From the NCBI GenBank assembly GCA_024137785.1, contig JAHRHZ010000003.1:9884897-9948896 (forward strand): a stretch of DNA of 64,000 nucleotides, read 5' to 3'. Of this stretch, positions 1-11,410 are shown piece by piece; position 1 is the stretch's first letter, and each line of letters begins with the position of its first letter. Source of the DNA: Ginglymostoma cirratum (Eukaryota). A program made the position numbers and the translations under genes. The notes under the pieces were generated by a model that was given only the letters and a program-made list of their open reading frames with translations, did no database searches and was not told where the DNA came from.

Positions 1-712
1 AAATGGTTTAAGTTAGCAACCAATGTTGAAGTCTTAGATCAGTCATAACCTTGTGCAATGGCAGAGAATGATAAAGGGTCTGTTTGGCCTATTCTTTGTG
101 TATTTTGGAGATAAAGAGATGGAACTATTGACATTGGTGTGAGAGAACAAAGAGGAAAGAGGGGAAATATAGCATGTACGGATTGATAAAGCATCGCAGT
201 GACCAGCAAGCTGAGTGCCTGATAGGTGGTCGGTACAAATGCAGACCATCTTGCCAGTGCAGTGTTCCAAATGAGAGAAAGGCTTCCAATTTCTGTTTGC
301 AACCATCCCACCCCCACCCCCAACCACCACCCCAGTGTGTGATTGTCAGAAATGCCAGCACATCTGTCTTATTAAAATATATTTTTTTCATAGGACCACC
401 ATTTGTTAACCGTTCAAAATTGCCTTCAGATGGTGGTCATGAACCTTGGTGAACTACTGCATCCACATAACCTCAAGCAGAGAACAATGTTGTTACTAAA
501 TTTTAACACTGCAGCATTTCCTACCAGAGAGAAAATTGAAAGTACAGGTCAAGTGTGACATTATCAAAATCAATATTTTATATTAGACAATAACACAGTC
601 TTTATTCACATAGATAAGAGATAAAAGGTACTGCAGATGCTGGAGAATCCGAGATAACAAGCATGGGGCTGGATGAACACAGCAGGTCAAGCAGCATCAT
701 AGGAGCAGGAAA

Positions 713-748
713 ACTTGACGTTTCGGGCCTAAACCCTTCATCAGAAAT
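713..748 (-). ncRNA. Minimal hammerhead ribozyme motif (PLE-associated)
   Basis: Minus strand reads attt-CTGATGA-agggtttaggccc-GAAA-cGTC-aagt: conserved core boxes, stem II, palindromic ACGT stem III and GUC cleavage triplet. Confidence 0.65.
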
Positions 749-777
749 GGGGGAGGGGAAGAGGGTTCTGAAATAAA

Positions 778-1177
778 NNNNNNNNNNNNNNNNNNNNNNN
801 NNNNNNNNNNNNNNNNNNNNNNNNNNNNNNNNNNNNNNNNNNNNNNNNNNNNNNNNNNNNNNNNNNNNNNNNNNNNNNNNNNNNNNNNNNNNNNNNNNNN
901 NNNNNNNNNNNNNNNNNNNNNNNNNNNNNNNNNNNNNNNNNNNNNNNNNNNNNNNNNNNNNNNNNNNNNNNNNNNNNNNNNNNNNNNNNNNNNNNNNNNN
1001 NNNNNNNNNNNNNNNNNNNNNNNNNNNNNNNNNNNNNNNNNNNNNNNNNNNNNNNNNNNNNNNNNNNNNNNNNNNNNNNNNNNNNNNNNNNNNNNNNNNN
1101 NNNNNNNNNNNNNNNNNNNNNNNNNNNNNNNNNNNNNNNNNNNNNNNNNNNNNNNNNNNNNNNNNNNNNNNNNNNNN
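778..1177. other. Assembly gap (400 N)
   Basis: Run of N; the round length suggests a placeholder size. Confidence 0.99.
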
Positions 1178-1189
1178 TTCCCCTCCCCC

Positions 1190-1225
1190 ATTTCTGATGA
1201 AGGGTCTAGGCCCGAAACGTCAAGT
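1190..1225 (+). ncRNA. Minimal hammerhead ribozyme motif (PLE-associated), sense to the camk2b pre-mRNA
   Basis: attt-CTGATGA(1194-1200)-agggtctaggccc-GAAA(1214-1217)-cGTC-aagt; stem I attt/aagt, stem II GGGUC/GGCCC. Confidence 0.7.
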
Positions 1226-2114
1226 TTTCCTGCTCCTATGATGCTGCTTGACCTGCTGTGTTCATCCAGCCCCATGCTTGTTATCTCCTTTATTCACATA
1301 GTTTGTTTGTGCTTTTGCATCTCTACATTGTTTGGAAAAATAGTGCTGAGGCTGAAACAGCAGTATGGCAGCAACTAAGATCCTTGCAGGAGTTCAAGCA
1401 AGAGCTTGAGGAGTGAAATTTCAAGTCAGAACAGAGATGTTCATCCAAACTGCATTTGGTATTGTGATACAGTGAAGTGTTGAGCAAGAGCAGCACTGAT
1501 TGTGAGCTGGATTCGATGTTTCTGGGAATTGTTTGGAATCCTGGATGGTCTTGTTTCACCACTGATCTTGTGCTGTAAGGTGCTGGGGCAGATAGTCCTG
1601 TCAAAGAATGAAGTGTGGATATGTGGGGGAACAGATTGTTTTGGAAAGTGGAGAATGAGGGGCAGCTGTGTCTTTAGATCGTGTAATCGCTTTGCAAGTG
1701 GTGAAAATAGCATATAAAAATATATACGAAATATATAAATATATTAGGCCTATTAAATGAGGAGGCAGAGGAGTAGAAAATGAGAGTAAAAGGAAGCAAC
1801 ACAGCTCTGGAAGGAAGAAGAGAAACCAGAGAAGTTCAGCATATAGACTGAACAACCAGGATTGTTTTCTTTTTAAAAAATACATTTTGGAAAATCATAT
1901 ATGGTAGGTGGAATCAGCAGAGACATTGTAGTCAAAAGGAGGAACTTGAGGAACAGCAGAGGGTGCGGGCATGAAGCAGGCTGGGAAGAAGTGTAAGCTG
2001 GATGTTTTAAGTATTCTTCGACAGCACGTGGATGTCACTGGGTTTGCTGGTATGTTAAATTTAGTTGACCTGGAAAAGGTGGTGATGAGCGGTATTTGGA
2101 ATTGCTGCTTTTGC

Positions 2115-2600
2115 ATCTAGACTGCTTCAGCACCCTCAGTGCTGTTAGGGACAGATTTCCAAGATTTTAACCCAGTGACATTGAAGGAAAATAACTCTAA
2201 TCCGGGAGGGTGTGTGATTTGGAGGGCAGCTTGTAGCTTCCTATGCATCTGCTTCCCTTGTTGTCCAAAGTGGTCAAGTTCACAGGGTCAGAAAATGTGT
2301 TAAGGAGCTCTGGTAACTGCAGTGCCTGTTGTGCATGCTACACACTACTGCCACTGTGTATCATTGGCGAAAGGAGTGAACGTTGAAGGTGGTGGATGTG
2401 GTGCCAGTCACATGGGCTGCTTTGTCCTGGATGGTGTCATGCCTTTTGAGTGTTGTTGGAACTGCAGACAAGTGGAGAGTAATCCATCACACTACTGACT
2501 TGTGCCTCGGTGGTGGTGGATTGGCTTCAGGGAGCGGATACGTAAGTTGCTTGCTTCAGAATTCCAACCCTCTGTTCAGTTTCTCAATTCAGTTTCTGAT
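2115..2600 (-). mobile_element. Degraded shark LINE 3' fragment (CR1/L2-like)
   Basis: Resembles the reverse complement of the repeat at ~33500-34070 and the copy at ~53400-53900 (shared tgctttgtcctggatggtgtc-type segments); no intact ORF. Confidence 0.45.
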
Positions 2601-5158
2601 GAATTGAACCTCCCCCAGAGGAAGAATAGTGGCATGTTCAGCAACTGAATGACAAGGTAGTAAGTAAAGGTACTTAAGAAAATGTAAGAAGGCCTGGGAA
2701 TTAGAATTACAGTGTGGATTAATAGAAACTTGAAATACTAAGGCCATTCCATCTATCAGGCCCGTCTTGGCTCTTTGTCAGAGCAGGTGCACTTGGTAAC
2801 TTGCTTGCATTATCCTTGGGTTATATTCAGTCATGAACTGCTAAAATGATGCAACAGGCTGAAGGGGATGAATGGCCCATTCCTATTGGTGTGGAACTTT
2901 GTAGTCAGTATGTACATGCTTCGATTTGTGATTTTACTGTCATAACTCATGCCATTCTGTCATGAGTGAGACTGATTACATCTCCTCGAAGATACAGCTT
3001 TAAAAATTATCTAAAATTGTGTTTGAGGGCTTTGCAGTCTGTTTCAGGTTGGAAATAAATGTGATTGAGTAAAGAACGAGTATCTGATTGTAATGAGACC
3101 ATTATCTGAGGAGGGAATGCATGAACATCCATACCGCTGGAGAAGAGAGCTCAGCATTATGGGTTTCTCCCAGAATCCAAAAATGATAGAGTGACCTTCC
3201 CAGCACTGCCGTTGTTTCAGATCCAGTCACTTCAATTTTACCTGTTAAATTTTGCTCACTGTCCTGATAGAACTGTCCATAGACATTATTTAGTTGGTGT
3301 ATGGTAATATTTGCAATGGATGCCAACAGTTGGGTTTCCATTATAGCTTGTTTTCACTTCAATTGCTCATAAACTTTGTCATGACTCCCTGGGATAGTGT
3401 GTTGAAAATCGAACCTCACTATTCCTGGAAATCATCACGAGTTCAAGTTTTTTTAAAGAATTATTCAAAATCGCCAAACTGCCTGATATTCAGACCCAGG
3501 TTGGTAGAACACATGGATTAGGTTTTTGCACTTCACAAAAAAAATCACTCCTAATTGCCAGTCATTTCTAACTGCAGGTAAATAATTCAGCAAATTTAAG
3601 TAAATTCTACAAATTTAATTCTAAATCCCTTTTAAACGTCCTGTTTCACTAAAACACACAGACCAACAAAAACCAATGGAGAGATGGAAGACTGGGAAAA
3701 CAGTTCCATAGTCTTTGTCCATAAGATCTGTCAGGTTGGATCTTACTGGTGAGCAGATTTCTCCTCGACATGGCTTTCTCTGAATGCTTCTACTGGTTTG
3801 CAGGCTGCACAGTGCAGCTGATTAGGGTCTCTGACTTGCCAAATTTCAAAGTCACAATTGAAGTATCTGCTGATGCAGAGAGAAGCTGGCTTCCTTCAGG
3901 TTTAATGTGGCTTAGTGCAGACAGCTGAGAGGGAGAGTTTTTGACTGCAGTTTATCTGCATGGTTTCTCTTCTGTTCTAACTTTGGTGCACTGTCTTAGT
4001 CTGAGCGTCAGCTGTTAAGCTACCTGGCAACCTATCACTTAGCAATTGGCAGGCAGAGGGCTTGTGTCATTGATAACTGGCTAGTAGTGCATGAACCCAA
4101 CAACTTCATTTGTAAATAACCCCTTCAGTTCATCTGTGCCCTGCAGGAACCCCCACCACACAGACAGGTTTCAATATGGTTATCAGATTCCTTGTTTTCA
4201 AAACAAGCTGCCGTTTGTGTAAATTCCTGGCTTTCCAAACAGTTCTTCCTCATTTCAGTCCACAGTTTTAAAAAGCTCAAAATAAAAAAAATGCTGTCTT
4301 TACAACTTGTTGGTACATGCCTGTCAGCCAGACCCTGTCTCAATGACCAGTGTCTGAATTGGACTGCTGATTTTACAATTCAAACTGATGTGTCTAAGGA
4401 TGGCATTCAATTTCATTGCACACTGTTTCTTTTGGAGGTAGAGGTAAGCAGGAATTTTTTTCAGTTGTAAATGCAGAGAAGCAGATTGGTTTAAGAAGGA
4501 AACTAAGTCTGATTTGAGAGCTGATATGAACCAGGATGAGCTCAGCAGCCCGAAAAGTTTTCGCTCGAGTCCCAAACAGAAATAGCTTTAAAAAGTCATT
4601 CCTGTTGTTGTTCATGTTCATCTATTCCTTAAAGAGGAGGGGTACTGATGGTAAATTGTGACATCAGGCAGGAAATCTACTCTGTAGAGTACTGCTGCAA
4701 AGTGTGTTAAAAATGCAACCTCACTTATTAGCAAGATCATTGTGGTTTGGTTGAACCTCAGCAATCTCACACAATATTTGAGGGAATTCTGATGCCTGTG
4801 GCATGTACCGATGAGTGCATCAAATTATTCAATAGACCCAAGGGAGATCAGATTGCAATTGCAATTAGAACCAGGTAAATGAGTTTCAGTGTGATCTATC
4901 CCACATGCTGTCACAGTTTATGTTTGTTCCTGAGGGGCTTACAGACTTAATTTGTCTTTGTGAAACTGATGGGAAGGTTCAGGGTCCTGCTTTTAGATTT
5001 TCCTGTTTGTACGATAACCCTTGGCCCTTGGCCCATGTATATATTATCTAAATATATGTGTGAATCTGGTGCCAGAATTTTACAGGTTGCATCAGTGTAA
5101 TTTACACACGATGGTCCTGAAAGACTTGAAACCATTTCGGTGTTACAAAGACCGAAAA

Positions 5159-6523
5159 ATGACAAACCAGACTAAATTACTCGTTCTTGAAAGAAATTCA
5201 ATGACTTTGCCAAGGCTAGTGGAAATGATGCTGACCCTGACTTGAGTGTTACTGCTTTTTCAATTCTGTTCCAACTCAACCTGTTTGAATTCCCCACCTG
5301 TCTCCTCCCTTGTGGTTAGCTCCAAACCCAGATGGGTATTTTAATTGTATTCATTTTGTGAAATCACCGTTGAGTGCAAACACTTTGTGTCTACTAATTA
5401 GTACATTTGCCAGATCTGAAGGTCCGTGCTCCTTAAACGTGAAAATATATTAAGTAAAGAAATCAAAACTCTCCAAAGAATTCTGTTACCTTTCTGCTCC
5501 ACAAAGAAACATTGATTCATTCTAAGATATATGTTGACCAAGCTGTCAACAGGATGCTTGAAGCTTCATTGAAGTGGAGGAAAACTCAGTGCCACAGGTT
5601 GAACTGAATTTTTCATTTAAAATTCATGATATGTTTGCGACACAAAAAATAAGTTCATACTGATTCCTTTTATACTGACAAATATGTGAGACACCATTGA
5701 CTTGAAGTTGACCATTTTGATATAATTTGGCATTAAAACTTTCTGCAGCTGACATGGTGAAGGAAAATGTAATTGAGCCACTAAGATTCTCTGGTTGACT
5801 CTTTGTGGTGGAATAACTGATCCCAGCCACTGAAAGAAGTTGATATACTCCAAATGACTTCAGTTCTTTCGGCCGCAGAGGAGAAAACCAGTCAGGATTA
5901 TACTGTCCTTGTTAAAAGAGTGTGGTTGTGGATTTGAGGAGTGAGTAATAGCAGGAAGATCTTCATCAAACAGCCTTCTTTCTTTCATACTTGAGTTTAT
6001 ATGTTGGTTATTGACATGTTAGAGGTGCCCACGAAGCAACTGACAATTAAGACTTTTCCATCTGTACCCCAGTATGACTAAGGTCTTTAGATGAGACCAG
6101 GTAAGATGATAAACTATTATATAGGAAGCTTATCACGTTCTTGTGCAACTTTACAAGTGCGTCTCCACTTTTTTCATCCAACTCATGGATTTATGTGCTG
6201 CACTTTTCCTCCAAACAGACTAAGTTCCTCTTCCAGCTGTTGTGGACTTTATCATATATACACTTTTTCTTCTACGATCACTAGTTTCAATTTGAAAAAC
6301 AGCAATACAACATCAACTTCAGGAAAGTGAAAAAAAAAACTTGACTTATTCTGCTTTCAAATGCCATTTACGATGCCAAACAAGACTAAATCATTCATTC
6401 TTGAAAGAAATTTGATAACTTCATCGAGAATAGCACCAAATGGCTTGAGTGTTGCTGCTTTTTCAATTCTATTCGAAATCCATCTGTTTTGAATTTCCCA
6501 ACTATCTCCTCCCTTTTGTAGCT
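5159..6523 (+). repeat. Diverged ~150-160 bp direct duplication (5159-5321 and 6373-6523)
   Basis: Shared blocks agactaaat, ttcttgaaagaaatt, cttgagtgtt.ctgctttttcaattct and tctcctccct, with ~1.2 kb spacing. Confidence 0.85.
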
Positions 6524-7429
6524 AACGTCCTTCCATCATAATCAAAAGTATTAAGTTTAAAGTAGCATGAGGATTTTAAGAATCAGCCTCCCAGTTGATG
6601 TAATCTGATTTGTGTTTCATTTAGCGTGAAGCGGCATGACATCAGAATATGGTTTCCTGCCATCAGCAGTTCAGGTGCATGCCAGTAAAGTCTCTAGCAC
6701 ACTAACAGTGTAGTGTTCTTTCAGAAAACTGAAAATAGTGGAAATGAATCACTGATCTCACAGAGAGCTTTCACTTTGGTGAAAGGTCTTACCCAAGCCC
6801 CAGATGCCAAGCATTCATGGTTGAATTCCAGATTTATGTGCAACAGCCTGACTCATGGAATGATGATTGCAAATTGGTAAGATGTGCTGGTGCCATAAAA
6901 ATTGAGACAACCGGAGCAGAAGATTTTGTGACGAGTTCAGACTGGATGTGTGATTGGCAGTCGCAAGTAATAGTGAGTTGATGCATGTCAAATATTGCGT
7001 CTTATTTTGGAGAAGTACATCATTCAGCAAACAGAAATGAATCACCAAAGTGTGATTTTCAAGGAACCAGGGAGTGGATTCATCATTATCCTTACTGAGA
7101 AATATTGGAGAACTGAATCAAACTCCTTGATATGTAGCCAGAACAATCATATGCATCTTTGAGGTTGTACTGTGGGAATCTCTTCAATGCACCAAAATCC
7201 TACATACTTGCATGAGAAAGGAGAGAAGAAGAAAATTAAGATTGATCTGAAGTGAAACAGATGGTGAGCATTAAGCAAACAATAACTCAGTTCAAGTTGT
7301 ACAAGTAGTCCAGAACGAAGGAAGTAGGAAAGAACTCCTCTTCCAGAATGGAAATGGTTGTCATTGTTTTGTACACAAGGTAAGCCCAGAACATGATGAG
7401 CAAATGGGATGTTCCCAACTTCAACTCTA

Positions 7430-8760
7430 TTGTTGTGCAGGACAGTGAGCAGCAAACTTCCAGGTCATTTGCAGTCGCTTTCACTCCAGCTGGCATCTTG
7501 AAGGTCCACTTTAAGTGTACATTGCCAAACCTGCGTTGGCCAGCCCCAACTTGTTTTTCCATCAGGTGGTGTTCATTTTACCACCATTACAGCAAGATGT
7601 ACATTCACAAGAAACATTGAGTGTCCTGCCAATCTCAATTGTCTCTCGTCACAATGTAGTCTGTAGTACTTAATCATTTGTGGTGATGTCTCTCCATGTA
7701 CCACCCAGGATTTTGCAAAAGCAGCAGTGGCCAAAGGTGTCCAACTTGGGTGACAATTTCACTGTTTTCTTCCATATCTCACTGGTCTAGATTACAGATG
7801 GAACTACTCTGCACATGGAGAGTTGCAGTTTCATAGCCGTACTGGTTGTGTTGGATGCCCAGATTGTGTGCAGCCACTGCTGCTTTGCTAATTCTTGTGT
7901 GGGTACCAATCTCTAAATCTCTGCCTGGAGATGCTGCTCCCACTGTTGGTGAAGTGATTGTCATCCTTGATACCTTTTTACCCTGTGGTGATTGGAGCCT
8001 TGTCATTGTCTTCGTCAGCTTGGAGATGGTACATAGACCAACTTTGGTGCCACTCCCATCAAGACTGATTGTCATGTCTTGAAACACATTCAGTCCTTCA
8101 GCCAGCATCACACCTCAGCAGCTGAATATCAAGCTCTGAGAAATGACTAGCCTAGAGGTCTAAAGAACCATGAAAAGCCTGAAGAAGAAGACCAAGTGTC
8201 AGCACCATACCAGCAAAGCTGTTGGAAGAAGGCAGGAATCTCATCGCAGTAGAACACAGAGATGTGTGGGTAATGTCCCAGAAAATATGAAGCACAATGC
8301 CTTGGGAAACAGGGGCAGCGTATCATACTGTGAGCAAATCTTTATGCTCAGAAATATCAAAGAGTAAATTCAAGGATATCAGAGGCAATTTGTTCTGTAG
8401 GGAAAGCTTTTATTAATCTCCATCAGCAGTCACTCTCATACTTGGCATAATGGCAGTCCAGGATTGTCGATTCAAAGCTTTTTTCCAAAGCTTCAGTTGC
8501 TATGTCAAGACCGGTCTGGGCACCACAGTCTGCTTGAACATCATCACAGCAGAAGTACCACCGCAAGGTTGGAGATATTTTCCATCAAGCTGTTCAGGAA
8601 TATCATGACACAACACAGGAGTAGGTGGACTCGAACTTTTAGCTCAGAGGTAGGGACAATACCAGTGTGTCACAAGAGCCCTTCAGCACAAATGTATACT
8701 TAGCCAATTCCTGCTATACTTGGTGATTTCATCCAGAGGAAACTGATGGTGGCTGTAGGC
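7430..8760 (-). mobile_element. Decayed RTE-clade LINE, C-terminal reverse transcriptase region
   Basis: Minus-strand translation gives TRISKAAVAAHNL and EIWKK..KLDTFGHCCFCKILGGTWRDITTND*VL, matching RTE RT motifs (RIAKASAAF; LDAFHxRCLRxILGIxWxDxxTNxEVL), with stops and frameshifts. Confidence 0.55.
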
Positions 8761-11314
8761 TTGGACATTGGATGGATCTGGATTTTGTAAAGGATGTTGC
8801 CCTACTGGCTCAAAAGGAATTGACAAAGGGATGGTAAATCTAATTAATAAGTACTTTCTAATCTTTGTTTTTAAAGTGTACTTAATGATTAGAATTGGCT
8901 TTTGGACTTGGTTTAAAATTTGGATCCCACTTAATGCTAAATGGAGGGTAACTCCAAACTTGAGTAAAATTTAAAAGTAGGGAGAAGCCAGACCTTCCTG
9001 TTGAGGTATTTAAAATATGAAACAGGGACGATACAATCCCAGGTTCTTCCTGGTATCTTTTTTAAAATTTTAATGTGTATATATAACTTTCTTAGATTGA
9101 TCTTGCCTTTGCCATTTAAGAATTTAACAATTTCTTTGAGATTCTCTCCTTGATCTTTCGAGATCATAGAGCAGTATGCACAGAGGCTCATGAGTAGCAT
9201 ATTATTTTTAATGTGCTTACATTCAGTGGTATCTAGAAATGGATGAAGGTAGAGAAGACATGTCAGGCTGCCTCATTCTGACGTTAGAGTATGCTGTCTT
9301 ATTTGGGATAAAAGCATCTAGTTTCTTTGACAAAATTATTCCTAATTTCACAAGCCATCAGATAAATCATGTCACTTCCCATGAGTTTTGCAACTGAGAG
9401 TTAAACTCAGCTAAATCACTTTTTATACCAGAGCTACGCTTTGGCTTATTTTTGAGAAATGACTGCAAGGGCAAACAAATGTAACTTATTCAAATGTTGA
9501 ACAGTTGATGTTGTGCTGGGAATCACTATTGCATCTGCCATTATCTCATGAGAGTGTCTCAGCAGTAATTCTGTTCTTATCTTAATGTAACTGTTCACTT
9601 GACAACAAATAAGTTTTGAGTCAACCCACCAATGTTCTCATTATTCTGGCCAGATTTAAACATGTTGTGACAAAGTGACACTTGCCATGATTTTGGAAAT
9701 GATTAGTTGTAGTTGTAGTGTGAAAACTGACATACGAGGCTGGTGTTATATGCTCTAGAAATTGCTCAGTGGGTAGAAAGCAGGGAATTAATTTGTTTGG
9801 CAAACGCAGGCCCCTAGGTGCCTTCAGTGTGGCTGATAAAGGAAATGTGAAAACGCCTACAGTCAATTATTCCCCTCTGGAGCTTACCTTTTAGACTTCT
9901 AACAAACTGCATTACTGCTGAGGCAAACAGCTAGTCTTTTATATACATCCTGAATTATTTCTGCCTCCGTCCTCCAGCTCAGCTGTGAAGAGAGTAGTTT
10001 CAAATTAGTGAGTTACAGTTTTTTATTGCGTGTATGAAATTTGTTGTCTGTTGGTCCTCAGTGCAACACTAAAGTTTTGGTAGGGCAAAATAAGTTTTGT
10101 AAAGTGGTATATAGTGACTGTGGAACAGGTTTTGGAGATTATAAAATAAGACAAGTCCAAGACTGTGCAGTTTCTGAACTTAACCCAAGCAGAGACACAT
10201 TGCTGGAGCTAGCACTACGTGAAAACTGAGTGAGTTAGTGTGACCGTGCATTGATATCCGAGCTGGATGTAAAATGGCTTAGACCCTAAGTGAGACCCTT
10301 GGCTAGAACTGGGTCTTGTGAATCATCAGGTCTACAAGTTTGACTTCAAGCAGACCAGAAATTCCACAGAGCGTGAGCAGTTCCTGAGGCATGGATCTTA
10401 CAGAGCAAAACTAAAGCTGTTGTTTGTATTCCTGGGTTTGGGCCTCAGGCTAGTGTTAGGTAACTAGCAAACGATATAGATATAGGTTTGATGAAGGTCA
10501 AATACTTGTCATTTTCATCATGTTTTTATATTCAAAAAACAGATTCTAACTTCCACGGAGTAACTGGTGTTGTCAGTCAGGGTGTGTATCTAATACCATT
10601 TCATCTCAACGGTGAATTTCACTCCATCAATCGTCTGCAGTTTTGCAGCAAAGAGTATCCAAAGGCCAGAAATTGAAGCTGACTTGACTGTGTCCTGTGT
10701 CATTTGTCTGAATTGTTTCTTTTCACCCACTTGAGGACATGGGCCGATGTTGGAGATGAATTCTGGCTGCTGTCAGTGTGCTCACTCAGTGGCAGATCAG
10801 CACTTTATGCAAAAGTTGGGAGCCAAACTGCTCTTTCTGTCTTGCTTTTCTCCCAATTCCCCCATGGCCAAACCAATAAAAAAATGTGGTTGTTGTCTTT
10901 CCACCAGTCTTTACAGCTACTTTGTCCAGTGGGTTCATGAAATAGGAAACAAATGGAAACGTGCACTCTTAAAATTCCGTGGGTGCCACTACTCCCATGG
11001 CCTGAGAGATGCCACAGACATTGGGCTTGTGCTTTTAATCAACAAAGTTCGTCAATTGTGAATCGGGAAACTGCTTTTTTTTTTAACAACGGCATTTGCA
11101 ATATTTCTGCCTTATCTCTTAAGTGCACATTCCCACTTCAGACCTTTTATACGAAAAGTCTTTGAATAAGCAAAACTATATTTTGAGCTTTGTTGAAATG
11201 TCCCGTCATTATTTTTTGCCCTCTCACCTTGTGGTGTTTTTCATCATTCATTCTGTTTACTGTGTAACATGCTCTGTATGTTTGTTTCCATCGTCCTTTG
11301 CATGCTGCCTCCAG

Positions 11315-11410
11315 CCAAGGGCGCTGAGAGCAGTGCTGTAAGGAACCAGTCAGGTGCTGGGCCTCAGGCCGAGGTGCTCCAGTCTGCTCACCCTCCGCCT
11401 CCTGTACTCT
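11315..11410 (+). CDS. CAMK2B: CaMKII-beta variable-linker cassette exon A (96 nt, phase 1-1): (A)KGAESSAVRNQSGAGPQAEVLQSAHPPPPVL
   Basis: Pyrimidine tract + cag|CC acceptor, T|gtaagt donor, open frame, length divisible by 3, same phase as the downstream hub exon; loosely similar to the betaM repeat (VRxxSG..PxxE..Pro-rich). Confidence 0.75.

Larger units (their letters stand above)
614..1287. mobile_element. Young Penelope-like (PLE) insertion with inverted terminal repeats, interior hidden by the assembly gap
   Basis: 652-760 is nearly the exact reverse complement of 1178-1287. A 14-bp direct repeat CTTTATTCACATAG flanks it (600-613, 1288-1301). It carries a CTGATGA...GAAACGTC hammerhead core typical of PLE pseudo-LTRs. 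An almost identical copy lies at 45892-46114. Confidence 0.75.

Noticed and set aside
697-1275. 192-aa ORF in the ORF track
   Set aside because: Artefact of reading through the N gap within a repeat.
4464-4585. Acceptor-like ttttttcag followed by a charged frame (CKCREADWFKKETKSDLRADMNQDELSSPKSFRSSPKQK*)
   Set aside because: Wrong phase for the neighbouring linker exons, no donor and no CaMKII similarity.
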